The notes beneath the pieces are model-generated. The model was not told the origin of the DNA, did not search any database, and was given only the letters and a program-made list of their open reading frames with translations. The position numbers and the translations under genes are program-made. Below, in pieces: positions 1-9,024 of a stretch of DNA of 35,547 nucleotides. The DNA comes from Gammaproteobacteria bacterium. Its GTDB lineage: Bacteria; Pseudomonadota; Gammaproteobacteria; SZUA-140. The DNA is taken from NCBI GenBank assembly GCA_003230195.1, contig QIHH01000159.1, positions 1 to 35,547 on the forward strand. The letters run 5' to 3'. Within the stretch, counting starts at the first letter, position 1. Each line of letters opens with the position of its first letter.

Positions 1-2
1 AT

Positions 3-245
3 TTACCATTCAACAGTCCATGGGACTTAAATGATACAATAAAGCTTGGTGACTGGATTACCGTCATGTTTACGCTTAGTGAAGAGGTAGAGCATTTTGA
101 TGTCTGGGTAGGTGGCAGTGACGATGCCCATATCTGGAATGCTCAGAGCACTATGCTAGAAGATAATTTTGGAATCTACGATGCTGATAATGGCCTCTAT
201 CTTGCCTCTTTTCTGACCAGAAAAATTCAGGCAATAAAATTCTAG
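3..245 (+). CDS. 3' end of an unidentified protein-coding gene entering from upstream of the window (partial)
   Basis: Frame 3 is open from the window edge for 80 codons (LPFNSPWDLNDTIKLGDWITVMFTLSEEVEHFDVWVGGSDDAHIWNAQSTMLEDNFGIYDADNGLYLASFLTRKIQAIKF) and stops at TAG 243-245. It is absent from the ORF track because it has no start inside the window. Composition is not low-complexity. No family recognised. Confidence 0.45.
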   Translation, partial: LPFNSPWDLNDTIKLGDWITVMFTLSEEVEHFDVWVGGSDDAHIWNAQSTMLEDNFGIYDADNGLYLASFLTRKIQAIKF

Positions 246-367
246 CGAAGATCATTGCTGCCTCGTTGTCAGTAATAAAAAGGCTTAATTTTACTAAATA
301 ATACAGTGTGAGTTTAAGCATAAGCAAGCATTGAGACTCTTGCAAAACACCCGCTAGTTTCGCACAG

Positions 368-389
368 AAAGCCGCCTGTCGGCAGCTTT
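368..389. terminator. Hairpin between convergent genes (possible weak bidirectional terminator)
   Basis: aaagccgcc-tgtc-ggcagcttt forms a 9-bp stem with one mismatch and a 4-nt loop. It lies between the partial + strand CDS and the - strand rhodanese gene. No clear U-tract on either strand. Confidence 0.25.
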
Positions 390-510
390 GCTTGTGGAAA
401 TAACGATTTGCTGACTTTCAGAAAGTGGCTTTTCAAGTGATGCCGTTCCGGATAGTGCTGTTAATGGCAGCGCTAATCAGAGGCGATTTGCATTTTTTGG
501 CTCTGGTGCA

Positions 511-1326
511 TTATTCAAATGGCAGCTCCGGGTCGTTACCCCAGTCGGACCACGAGCCGGGATAGCCCTTGAGATTTTGATAGCCTAGTGATTTTAAAAC
601 GATGTAGCTATGTGCCGAGCGGTGGTGGCTGTGGCAGTAGACGATCACCTCTTTGTCCGGCATAACGTCTAACGGAATGTAGAGTAACTGCAGGTCGTTG
701 GCCTCTTTGAGGCGCAGGTTATATTGCTGGTCAATGGCGTGAATCCATTCTAGATTGACTGCGCCAGGGATGTGGCCGCCATGGTGTGCGCGTTTGTCGC
801 TGCCGGTGAATTCAGCGGGTGAGCGTACGTCGAGGAATACTACGTTTGGGTCTCCCAGTTTGGCGAGAATCTCTGCTTTGTTTATGATGCCGTTGTTGGT
901 ATAGATGACTTTATATTCTGTTAGTAAGGCGGTTTCGATGCCTTCATTGGTGACGTGGTTTTCGTTGACCCAGGCCTGTAGCCCACCATTGAGCAGTGAG
1001 AAGTTTTTGTGACCGGCGACATCGAGTGTCCAAAGTAGACGACACGCCTTTGCACCACCTTCGTCATCATAGGCGACAACATGGCTCTCAGGAGTGATGC
1101 CGGCTGCCGATAATGTCTCACTGAACGCTTTGGCAGAGGGCAGAAGTCCCATGCTGGGTGGCTTGCTGCTAACAATCTGCGAATATTCGATATGCAGCGC
1201 ATCCGGGATGTGGTTGCGCGCATAGATAGGGGCGCGGGATAGATCAATGATAACAAGGTTTTCCTCATCGATTTTTGCTTCAAGTTCTTCTGCTTCAGTG
1301 ATCAATGGTAATAGTGGTTCAGTCAT
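511..1326 (-). CDS. Two-domain rhodanese / thiosulfate sulfurtransferase, RhdA-type
   Basis: 271 aa with tandem rhodanese domains. The active-site loop YCHSHHRSAH resembles the CQTHHRS loop I recall from Azotobacter RhdA (also 271 aa). It does not resemble the CG[ST]GVTA loop of mercaptopyruvate sulfurtransferases. Confidence 0.85.
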   Translation of the reverse strand: MTEPLLPLITEAEELEAKIDEENLVIIDLSRAPIYARNHIPDALHIEYSQIVSSKPPSMGLLPSAKAFSETLSAAGITPESHVVAYDDEGGAKACRLLWTLDVAGHKNFSLLNGGLQAWVNENHVTNEGIETALLTEYKVIYTNNGIINKAEILAKLGDPNVVFLDVRSPAEFTGSDKRAHHGGHIPGAVNLEWIHAIDQQYNLRLKEANDLQLLYIPLDVMPDKEVIVYCHSHHRSAHSYIVLKSLGYQNLKGYPGSWSDWGNDPELPFE

Positions 1327-1707
1327 TATTTATCTCGAGTCCTTGTGTGAATATCGCAAGGGTATTTTTGCGTTATTAGGTGGGTGTTGTCTAGGGGGTA
1401 TTAACAATTACCCGAGTAAGTGTGATTCTGAGACATTTTTCATGTTGGCAAGGTGCGATGAGGCGTAATAGTTATCCTATTAGAACGAATTACAATGCGG
1501 TCAGTGTGGAAAAGAGCCAGCATCTGGCCACGAACAGTGATTGTTAACAGTCTCCTGTGTTGTGTTTCGCAAAAAGAGGTTTTTTGGGATGTCTGATGAA
1601 AGGTTTATTGGTTTCGAGCTGAGTTTGTGCGAGGGTACTGTTTAATCGACGGTCGAATCTATTCGTGGTCATGATTCGTGGTGGGTGTAGATATGCTTCG
1701 GCGGTGA

Positions 1708-1926
1708 TTAGTTGTGGGGGAGCGGAGTGACTTTGGCGTCGTAACAGTAGATGTGGGTTGCCGGTGACTGGCGTCTAGGGGGTCCCACTTTGGGGTTTTG
1801 GTAGGAATGCTGTTGAGTCATCATGATAGCGAGGTATTCCATCGCATCACGGATGTCCCGCATAATCATATTTTCTTTATCGTTGAGCTTTTTAACTGCG
1901 ATCAGATGTGTTTTATAGCGGGTCAT
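1708..1926 (-). CDS. Small hypothetical protein (72 aa)
   Basis: ATG is preceded by AAGGAGAG with 5-nt spacing (reverse complement of 1930-1937). The ORF sits directly downstream of suhB on the same strand. No family recognised. Confidence 0.4.
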   Translation of the reverse strand: MTRYKTHLIAVKKLNDKENMIMRDIRDAMEYLAIMMTQQHSYQNPKVGPPRRQSPATHIYCYDAKVTPLPHN

Positions 1927-1999
1927 GTTCTCTCCTTAAATTCCCCTAATATGTCGGTTATGAGGCGGGGAACTTAAGGGGGGAATTATCGAAATCGTA

Positions 2000-2797
2000 T
2001 TATTTTTTTAGCGCTTCAGTCAGGTGCGGTTGAATGCCTTGAAGGATAGCTTTGAAAATCTTTGGGTTACCGACAACAAGGTTGCCGGTTTCCAGGAAGT
2101 CGTGGCCGCCACTAAAATCACCCACTAGCCCGCCTGCTTCTTGTACTAGCAATACACCGGCGGCCATATCCCAAGGTTTGAGGGCGATTTCCCAGAAGCC
2201 ATCAAGTCTGCCGCTGGCGACGTGGGCAAGATCAAGTGCGGCTGATCCGGCGCGCCGAATCCCCGCGGTTTGTAGATGCATGACTTTAAAGGTTTCTATA
2301 TAGGCATCAAGGTATTGCGGATGGCGGAACGGAAAGCCCGTGCCGAGAAGAGAGCCGTCGAGGCCTTTTGCATTGCTGACGCGGATGCGCTTGTCGTTCA
2401 GAAATGCACCACCACCACGTGTGGCGGTGAACAGCTCCTGGTGTAGCGGGTTGTAGACTACCGCCTGTTCGATGTGATTGTTGCACTGTAGCGCAATCGA
2501 TACAGAGAACTGCGGAAAACCGTGCAGGTAGTTGGTGGTGCCATCAAGTGGGTCGATGATCCAGCGGTACTCATCCCCTTTGTGCATGGTGCCTTCTTCT
2601 GCATAGATGCTGTGGTCAGGAAATGCTTTGCGAATGGTAGCGACTATTTCCGCTTCTGCCATTTTGTCGACATCACAGACAAAATCGTTTTTCCCTTTGG
2701 CAGTCACATTGAGTGAATCGATGCGGTCCATGTTGCGCATGATGATGCTACCAGCACTTCTTGCGGCACGTACGGCGATATTCAGGGTTGGGTGCAT
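2000..2797 (-). CDS. suhB: Inositol-1-monophosphatase family protein SuhB
   Basis: 265 aa with IMPase motifs WIIDPLDGTTNY and SAALDLAHVASGRLDGFWE. It is divergent from trmJ, as in E. coli and Pseudomonas. Confidence 0.9.
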   Translation of the reverse strand: MHPTLNIAVRAARSAGSIIMRNMDRIDSLNVTAKGKNDFVCDVDKMAEAEIVATIRKAFPDHSIYAEEGTMHKGDEYRWIIDPLDGTTNYLHGFPQFSVSIALQCNNHIEQAVVYNPLHQELFTATRGGGAFLNDKRIRVSNAKGLDGSLLGTGFPFRHPQYLDAYIETFKVMHLQTAGIRRAGSAALDLAHVASGRLDGFWEIALKPWDMAAGVLLVQEAGGLVGDFSGGHDFLETGNLVVGNPKIFKAILQGIQPHLTEALKK

Positions 2798-2953
2798 AGC
2801 TTGGGGGTCACTTAAGATTAGAGTGGTTAATTTCTTCGGGGGCTAAGAATAGCAGAAATTGTGCTATGGATGGTATCTCGCTGGATTAATAGATAGTATT
2901 TCTGTTGAAAATACATCTTGAAAAATGCTGCGGGCTCGCTGTATGGTGACGCG

Positions 2954-3679
2954 ATGTTTAAGAACATTAGAATTGTGATGGTGAACACCTCTCACCCTGG
3001 GAATATCGGAGCGGCTGCTCGGGCTATGAAAAACATGGGATTAGCGTCGCTCTATCTAGTCGAACCGATGGTTTTCCCGAGTGCGGAGGCCACTGCCAGA
3101 GCCTCTGGCGCAGATAATGTGTTGGCGCAGGCAGTGGTATGTGATTCGTTGGATAAGGCGCTGGCGGAATGTTCTCTGGTGGTCGGCGCGAGCGCACGGC
3201 TGCGTAGTATTAGCTGGCCGCAGCTTGATCCGCGTGAATGTGCGGCGAAAGTGATGGCGGAGTCTGCTGATAGCCCGGTAGCTTTGGTCTTTGGGCGTGA
3301 ACCCTCTGGTTTGACCAATGCTGAGCTGAGTCGTTGTCATTATCTAGTGAATATTCCGACTAACCCTGAGTATCCATCGTTGAATATTGCGGCGGCAATA
3401 CAGGTGATCACCTACGAATTGCGGATGACATTGGCAAGTGGTGATAAGGCGGTCGCTGAGTGGTCAAAAGCGAATGATGTTGAACTGGCCACAATGGAAG
3501 AGGCGGAGCAATTTTACGCTCACTTAGAAACAGTGATGGTGGATAGTGAGTTTCTGGACCCGGCAAAGCCTAAATTTTTAATGCATCGTCTAAGGCGGCT
3601 TTACAATCGCACGCGACTGGAAAAGCAAGAGCTTAATATTTTGCGTGGAATCTTGACTGCGGTGCAAAAATGGCGCTGA
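2954..3679 (+). CDS. trmJ: tRNA (cytidine/uridine-2'-O)-methyltransferase TrmJ (SpoU/TrmH family)
   Basis: MFKNIRIVMVNTSHPGNIGAAARAMKNMG is a typical TrmJ N-terminus, with LVFGREPSGLTN and SLNIAAAIQVITYEL motifs. The track ORF begins at TTG 2918, but ATG 2954 matches orthologue N-termini. Confidence 0.85.
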   Translation: MFKNIRIVMVNTSHPGNIGAAARAMKNMGLASLYLVEPMVFPSAEATARASGADNVLAQAVVCDSLDKALAECSLVVGASARLRSISWPQLDPRECAAKVMAESADSPVALVFGREPSGLTNAELSRCHYLVNIPTNPEYPSLNIAAAIQVITYELRMTLASGDKAVAEWSKANDVELATMEEAEQFYAHLETVMVDSEFLDPAKPKFLMHRLRRLYNRTRLEKQELNILRGILTAVQKWR

Positions 3680-3828
3680 TCTGGCTTATGTGCGGCTGTG
3701 TGACGGCTTATTTGTTTCTCATTTAATCCGTTGTTAATCGAGTCCTTTTGCCTTTAATAGTAGGCTTGAGGTGATGTGTTAAACTTTTTTAGTGACTTTG
3801 TGTTTCGGGTTTTAATTTGGAAATAATC

Positions 3829-4641
3829 ATGTTTAAGCATGTACGAGAGGATATTAAATGTGTTTTTGAGCGCGACCCTGCCGCGCGCAGCACGTTTGAG
3901 GTGTTAACGACTTACCCGGGTGTGCATGCGGTGATCTTTCATCGCGGCAGTCATTCGCTGTGGAATTTTGGCCTTACCTGGCTGGCGCGACTATTGTCGA
4001 CCTTTGCGCGTTGTCTGACCGGGGTTGAAATCCATCCTGCGGCAAAGATTGGGCGGCGTTTTTTTATTGACCATGGGATGGGAGTGGTGATTGGCGAAAC
4101 TGCTGAAATTGGTGATGACTGCACCCTTTATCATGGGGTGACGTTGGGTGGCACGAGCTGGAATAAGGGTAAACGTCATCCAACATTGGCAAATAATGTG
4201 GTGGTTGGTGCTGGCGCAAAAGTGCTAGGGCCGATTATGGTCAATGAGGGTGCGCGTATTGGCTCAAATGCAGTCGTTGCAAAAGATGTGCCTGCTGGGG
4301 CAATAATGATTGGTGTGCCGGCGCACGTGGCGCGTAGCAGTCAGGATGCCAATATTAAAAAACGCCGTGACTTCGCTAAGAAGATCGGTTTTGATGCGTA
4401 TGGTGTATCACAAAATGCGGCTGATCCTGTCTCCAACGCGGTTAATTGCATGTTAGACCATATTCATGCAATGGATGGCAAGATAGAGGAGCTTAATGCG
4501 ACGCTCAAACAGATGGGGGCTGATGTTGATGTGTCGCCACTGCCTGAATTAGAACTCTATAATATTGATTCGGAAGAAAGAAACGCATCAAAAACGAGTG
4601 ATGCAGTGGCGGTTAAAGATGATTCTATTATGCAGAATTAA
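3829..4641 (+). CDS. cysE: Serine O-acetyltransferase CysE (short N-terminus, long C-terminal tail type)
   Basis: Contains [48 protein letters not shown] and a hexapeptide-repeat body. ATG 3829 (MFKH) is preferred over TTG 3817. The trmJ-cysE-iscR order matches Pseudomonas. Confidence 0.9.
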   Translation: MFKHVREDIKCVFERDPAARSTFEVLTTYPGVHAVIFHRGSHSLWNFGLTWLARLLSTFARCLTGVEIHPAAKIGRRFFIDHGMGVVIGETAEIGDDCTLYHGVTLGGTSWNKGKRHPTLANNVVVGAGAKVLGPIMVNEGARIGSNAVVAKDVPAGAIMIGVPAHVARSSQDANIKKRRDFAKKIGFDAYGVSQNAADPVSNAVNCMLDHIHAMDGKIEELNATLKQMGADVDVSPLPELELYNIDSEERNASKTSDAVAVKDDSIMQN

Positions 4642-4672
4642 ATCTTGACTAAAACAATCAACAATGTAGAAT
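4641..4672 (+). promoter_or_regulatory. Candidate sigma70 promoter of the isc operon overlapping a candidate IscR type-1 box
   Basis: TTGACT (4645-4650), a 16-nt spacer, then TAGAAT (4667-4672), ending 35 nt upstream of the iscR ATG. The stretch 4641-4665 (aatcttgactaaaacaatcaacaat) matches about 21 of 25 positions of the IscR type-1 consensus ATASYYGACTRWWWYAGTCRRSTAT as I recall it. Confidence 0.35.
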
Positions 4673-4706
4673 GTTTATTACCTTATAATCCGAAAGGTAG
4701 AAGATT

Positions 4707-5198
4707 ATGAAATTGACGACAAAAGGGCGTTACGCAGTGACTGCAATGTTGGACTTGGCGCTACATGCACAAGAAGCGCCAGTGCCATTGGCTGATATTT
4801 CTCAGCGTCAGGGAATTTCGCTTTCCTACCTTGAGCAACTTTTCGCAAAACTGCGTAAGCAGGGGTTAGTCGATAGTGCGCGTGGCCCGGGTGGCGGTTA
4901 TCGTTTAAGCAGAAATGCAAATGAGATTGCAGTGGCGGATGTGGTAACTGCAATTGATGAAAAAGTTGATGCAACGCGCTGTGGTGGCATGGGTAACTGC
5001 CAAGATGGCAAGCCGTGTTTGACCCATGAGCTTTGGTCTGACCTGAGTCGCCAGCTGTATGAGTTCCTTGAGAACATCAGTCTAGGGCAGTTGGTTGAGC
5101 GTAATGCGGTGAAAGATATTGCGGTGCGGCAGGATAATCTACAGAAACAGAGCCAAAATGCGACGTTTGCTTCTGTGATTGGTGGGACTGCTAGCTAG
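4707..5198 (+). CDS. iscR: Fe-S cluster assembly transcriptional regulator IscR (Rrf2 family)
   Basis: [20 protein letters not shown] is an Rrf2 N-terminus. The three-Cys cluster ligand pattern [13 protein letters not shown] is present. The gene lies immediately upstream of the isc genes. Confidence 0.92.
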   Translation: MKLTTKGRYAVTAMLDLALHAQEAPVPLADISQRQGISLSYLEQLFAKLRKQGLVDSARGPGGGYRLSRNANEIAVADVVTAIDEKVDATRCGGMGNCQDGKPCLTHELWSDLSRQLYEFLENISLGQLVERNAVKDIAVRQDNLQKQSQNATFASVIGGTAS

Positions 5199-5225
5199 TT
5201 AAATAATAGTGGCTGGTGTGGAGTG

Positions 5226-6374
5226 ATGTCTATTTATCTGGACCATAACGCGACAACGCCCATTGATGAGCGGGTATTTGAGGCAATGCTGCCTTATTTG
5301 AAAGGCAGTTGTTATGGTAATCCATCGAGTCAACATCGACAGGGACGCGAATCGCAACAAGCACTGGAACATGCCAGAGCACAGGTGGCGATGTTGGTAG
5401 GGGTGCGACCGCGGCAGGTGATTTTCACCAGCGGAGGTACAGAAGCCAACAATTTAGCATTAAAAGGGATGGTGGCTGCAGGCAGCGGTTTAGTTGTGGC
5501 TGCTACGGAGCATTCATCGGTTCTGGAGGCAGCAAGCGCACTGCAGCAGTGCACAGATTGCCCATTAGCCTTCGTTGGCGTTGATGAAGATGGCGTGGTC
5601 AGTACCGCTGAGTTTGAACGGGTGCTAGCTGAGCACAAAACTGCATTGGTGTCGGTGATGTTGGCGAACAACGAAACTGGCGTGGTGCAAGATGTGGAGC
5701 AGTTGAGTGAAATTGCTAGGCGTCGGGGAGTGATAATGCATACCGATGCAGTGCAGGCGCTGGGTAAAATGGATATTGATTTTGATGGCCTGGGTGTTTC
5801 AGCAATGAGCCTTTCGGCGCACAAAATAGGTGGGCCTAAAGGTGTGGGTGCACTAGTGGTTGAAAAGGGTTTGATGCTACAGCCAATGATCCATGGTGGT
5901 GGCCATGAAGCTGGCTTACGCGCTGGAACTGAAAACTTGGCGGGCATTGTTGGTTTTGGTGAGGCGGCAGCATTGATTCAACTTGGCTTGGAAGCGCGAA
6001 CTGAACATTGTGAGCGGCTGCGAGATCGAACCGAGCAGGTATTGCAAAAAATTGCAGGTGTCGTTGTGTTTGCGCAGCAGGTAAAACGCCTGTCCAATAC
6101 CCTCTTTTTTGCGGTGGAGGGGATTGAAGGTTCCACTCTATTGATGAGCTTGGATCGTGATGGGATTGCCGTTTCAAGTGGTTCAGCCTGTGCAAGTGGT
6201 AGTGGCGAGCCTTCTCATGTGCTTAAGGCAATGGGGGTGGATGATAGCTTGGCTCATGGTGCTGTACGTGTCAGTTTTGGTAGTAGTAATACGATGAAAG
6301 ATGTTGAGCAACTGATTTCAACGCTGCAGGAACAGGTTGAAAGTTTATTGAAATTGAATAGTGGCTGGACGTGA
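5226..6374 (+). CDS. NifS-like class V aminotransferase / cysteine desulfurase (second paralogue, shorter than IscS)
   Basis: About 382 aa. PLP-lysine motif [16 protein letters not shown] and catalytic-Cys loop SSGSACASGSGEPSHVL are present. It lacks the C-terminal tail that ends IscS. ATG 5226 sits next to GTG 5223, so the start is ambiguous by one codon. Confidence 0.85.
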   Translation: MSIYLDHNATTPIDERVFEAMLPYLKGSCYGNPSSQHRQGRESQQALEHARAQVAMLVGVRPRQVIFTSGGTEANNLALKGMVAAGSGLVVAATEHSSVLEAASALQQCTDCPLAFVGVDEDGVVSTAEFERVLAEHKTALVSVMLANNETGVVQDVEQLSEIARRRGVIMHTDAVQALGKMDIDFDGLGVSAMSLSAHKIGGPKGVGALVVEKGLMLQPMIHGGGHEAGLRAGTENLAGIVGFGEAAALIQLGLEARTEHCERLRDRTEQVLQKIAGVVVFAQQVKRLSNTLFFAVEGIEGSTLLMSLDRDGIAVSSGSACASGSGEPSHVLKAMGVDDSLAHGAVRVSFGSSNTMKDVEQLISTLQEQVESLLKLNSGWT

Positions 6375-6412
6375 GCGCTGTTTGAATGTGAAAGTTTAAG
6401 GAATGACTGAAT

Positions 6413-7639
6413 ATGAGCAAGAGTGAAAGAGTGCCTGTTTACCTAGATTATGCTGCGACGACACCAGCAGATCCTCGTGTGGCTGAAAAAATGATGACTT
6501 GTTTGACGATGGATGGTGATTTTGGTAATCCTGCTTCGCGTTCACATGTCTTTGGCTGGAAGGCGGATGATGCCGTTAAAGAGGCGCGTGGACATGTGGC
6601 GGCATTAATCAATGCAGACCCACGTGAGATCGTCTTTACCTCGGGTGCTACCGAGTCAGACAACCTAGCGATCAAAGGTGTGGCCCACTTTTACAAAAAG
6701 AAAGGGAAGCACATCATTACCTGTAAAACCGAGCATAAAGCGGTGCTGGATACCTGTCGCCAGCTTGAGCGTGAAGGTTACGAGGTTACCTATCTGGAAG
6801 TCGAAAACAGTGGCTTTATCGATATGAAAGTATTGGAAGATGCGATTCGTAAAGAGACGATTTTGATCTCCATCATGCATGTTAATAATGAGACCGGTGT
6901 GGTGCAGGATATCGCTGCAATCGGAGAATTAGCACGTAGTAAAGGGGTGATCTTTCATTGCGATGCGGCGCAGAGCGCGGGCAAGGTTGAGATTGATCTG
7001 GAAAAGCTGAAGATTGATTTGATGTCGTTTTCTGCCCATAAAACTTATGGCCCGAAAGGGGTCGGTGCATTGTATGTGCGCCGTAAACCGCGTATTCGGA
7101 TTGAGGCACAGATGCATGGTGGCGGGCATGAGCGTGGAATGCGTTCTGGTACCTTGGCGGTGCATCAGATTGTTGGCATGGGTGAGGCGTTTCGCGTGGC
7201 AAAAGAAGAGCTGGTTGCGGAATCAACTCGTCTGCTGGCGTTGCGTGAAAGATTGTTGAATGGTTTTAATGATATGGAGGAGATCTATATTAATGGTGAT
7301 CTTTCTCATCATGTGCCGGGATTGTTGAACATCAGTTTTAATTTTGTTGAAGGCGAATCGTTGATTATGGCGCTGAAAGACATCGCGGTCTCGTCCGGCT
7401 CTGCCTGTACGTCGGCGAGTCTTGAACCTTCTTATGTATTGCGTGCGCTTGGTCGTGAAGATGAGCTTGCGCATAGTTCGATCCGTTTTTCACTGGGTCG
7501 TTTCACCACCGAGGCAGATGTGGATTACACCATTGAATTGGTGCGACAAAAAGTTGAGAAACTTAGGGAACTCTCACCATTGTGGGAAATGTATAAGGAC
7601 GGCGTTGATCTATCAAAAGTTCAATGGGCTGCGCATTAG
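6413..7639 (+). CDS. iscS: Cysteine desulfurase IscS
   Basis: 408 aa with [20 protein letters not shown] and [21 protein letters not shown]. The C-terminus ...[21 protein letters not shown] is typical of IscS. Confidence 0.95.
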   Translation: MSKSERVPVYLDYAATTPADPRVAEKMMTCLTMDGDFGNPASRSHVFGWKADDAVKEARGHVAALINADPREIVFTSGATESDNLAIKGVAHFYKKKGKHIITCKTEHKAVLDTCRQLEREGYEVTYLEVENSGFIDMKVLEDAIRKETILISIMHVNNETGVVQDIAAIGELARSKGVIFHCDAAQSAGKVEIDLEKLKIDLMSFSAHKTYGPKGVGALYVRRKPRIRIEAQMHGGGHERGMRSGTLAVHQIVGMGEAFRVAKEELVAESTRLLALRERLLNGFNDMEEIYINGDLSHHVPGLLNISFNFVEGESLIMALKDIAVSSGSACTSASLEPSYVLRALGREDELAHSSIRFSLGRFTTEADVDYTIELVRQKVEKLRELSPLWEMYKDGVDLSKVQWAAH

Positions 7640-7659
7640 GCTTATTAGGAGAGTATAAA

Positions 7660-8043
7660 ATGGCATATAGTGATAAAGTTATGGACCACTACGAGAATCC
7701 ACGTAACGTGGGTTCATTCGATAAAGATGACAATGCGGTGGGTACCGGCATGGTCGGCGCGCCTGCCTGTGGTGACGTGATGAAGCTGCAGATTAAGGTC
7801 AGTGATGAAGGTGTGATCGAAGACGCCAAGTTTAAGACCTATGGTTGTGGTTCTGCTATTGCCTCCAGTTCACTACTGACGGAGTGGGTTAAAGGAAAAA
7901 CACTGGCGCAGGCGAGTGAGATCAAGAATACCGAGATCGCTGAAGAGCTGGCACTACCACCGGTGAAAGTTCACTGTTCTGTGTTAGCGGAAGATGCTAT
8001 CAAAGCAGCGGTTGAAGATTATAATAGTAAAAAAAGCAGTTAA
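7660..8043 (+). CDS. iscU: Fe-S cluster scaffold IscU
   Basis: MAYSDKVMDHYENPRNVGS, GAPACGDVMKLQI, YGCGSAIASSS and HCSVLAEDAI motifs are present. AGGAGAG lies 6-7 nt upstream of ATG 7660. The track start at 7624 overlaps iscS and is unlikely. Confidence 0.95.
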   Translation: MAYSDKVMDHYENPRNVGSFDKDDNAVGTGMVGAPACGDVMKLQIKVSDEGVIEDAKFKTYGCGSAIASSSLLTEWVKGKTLAQASEIKNTEIAEELALPPVKVHCSVLAEDAIKAAVEDYNSKKSS

Positions 8044-8087
8044 TGGCGGCGTGGTAAGACTGTTTGAGATGAGATGAGAAGAAAGTT

Positions 8088-8411
8088 ATGGGAATTACGT
8101 TAACAGAATCTGCGGCTAAGCATATTAACGGTTACCTCGAAGCACGCGGTAAGGGCGTCGGTCTGCGCTTGGGTGTTAAGACATCTGGCTGTTCAGGCTA
8201 TGCCTATGTCTTTGAAGTGGCGGATGAGATTGAGAAAGATGATGTCGTGATTGAGAACTTCGGAGTTAAAGTCATCGTTGATCCTAAAAGTCTTTTATAT
8301 CTTGATGGTACTGAACTCGATTACACGCGTGAAGGATTAAATGAGGGTTTTAAGTTCAATAATCCCAATGTAGCTGATACCTGCGGTTGCGGTGAGAGCT
8401 TTACAGTCTGA
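8088..8411 (+). CDS. iscA: Iron-binding A-type carrier IscA
   Basis: 107 aa with SGCSGYAY and C-terminal CGCGESF motifs. Confidence 0.92.
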   Translation: MGITLTESAAKHINGYLEARGKGVGLRLGVKTSGCSGYAYVFEVADEIEKDDVVIENFGVKVIVDPKSLLYLDGTELDYTREGLNEGFKFNNPNVADTCGCGESFTV

Positions 8412-8446
8412 TTGCTGGCTGTATAAATCTGGTTTAACGCGTGGTT

Positions 8447-8983
8447 ATGGAATCTCTTTTTTCCAAAAATTATTTTCAGCTGTTTAATTTTCCGGCTGTC
8501 TACGATATTGATCGCAGCGTGTTGACGCAGCGTTATCGTGATATGCAGGGGTTGATCCATCCTGATCGTTTTGTTAATGCAACCGAAAAAGAGCGTCGAA
8601 TATCGATGCAACTGACAGCATTGATCAACGAAGCTTACAATGTACTAAAGTCACCATTGGCACGCGCACGCTATCTATTGCAGTTGAGAGGCGTGGATAT
8701 TGATGACTCGGTGACCAGTAAAGATATTGCATTTCTCACGGAACAGATTGAGCTGCGTGAGCGTTTAGAGGATGCGCGTCATGGTGATAATGCTGAACGC
8801 GCGCTGATGCAACTGGCGAGTGAATTACAAAAAAGATTGATGGGATTGCAGCTTTCGTTAGAGGAGGCCTTTATGGGAGATTCTGATGAAGCGCTGGTAA
8901 AGGCGCATCGTTTATATGACGAGATGCAGTTCATCTCTCGTTTGAATGATGAGCTGGATGAAATTGAAGATGCGTTTAATTAA
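8447..8983 (+). CDS. hscB: Fe-S co-chaperone HscB (J-domain)
   Basis: NYFQLFNFPAVYDID...IHPDRF is a J domain with an HPD motif. The gene lies between iscA and hscA. ATG 8447 is preferred over GTG 8441. Confidence 0.9.
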   Translation: MESLFSKNYFQLFNFPAVYDIDRSVLTQRYRDMQGLIHPDRFVNATEKERRISMQLTALINEAYNVLKSPLARARYLLQLRGVDIDDSVTSKDIAFLTEQIELRERLEDARHGDNAERALMQLASELQKRLMGLQLSLEEAFMGDSDEALVKAHRLYDEMQFISRLNDELDEIEDAFN

Positions 8984-9024
8984 CCGCTTGATAATCGGTA
9001 GCGCAAAGGAATATTGAGTAGATT

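Noticed and set aside
151-345. 64-aa minus-strand ORF near the window start.
   Set aside because: It overlaps the better-supported open frame that enters from the window edge on the + strand. It has no SD, and its second half lies in AT-rich intergenic sequence.
1247-1468. 73-aa + strand ORF overlapping the start of the rhodanese gene.
   Set aside because: Its first third is antisense to the rhodanese N-terminus, its sequence is Ser/Cys-rich low-complexity, and no SD is present.
1544-1672. 42-codon minus-strand ORF (MTTNRFDRRLNSTLAQ...) in the 380-nt gap upstream of the rhodanese gene.
   Set aside because: It has no SD and no recognisable family, and it is below any length at which composition could support it.
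5330-5947. 205-aa ORF on the minus strand inside the nifS-like gene. Similar long antisense ORFs lie at 921-1283, 10029-10457, 15577-16101, 27703-28176 and 31081-31530.
   Set aside because: Each lies wholly inside a CDS with strong family-level motifs on the other strand. Their translations are Ala/Ser/Pro/Arg-rich, which is typical of antisense shadow frames. None has a convincing SD.
7624-7659. N-terminal extensions implied by track start codons: iscU 7624, trmJ 2918, cysE 3817, hscB 8441, iscX 11294, icd 26575 and GT41 21746.
   Set aside because: Downstream in-frame starts give N-termini collinear with known orthologues, usually with an SD, and avoid overlap with the preceding gene.
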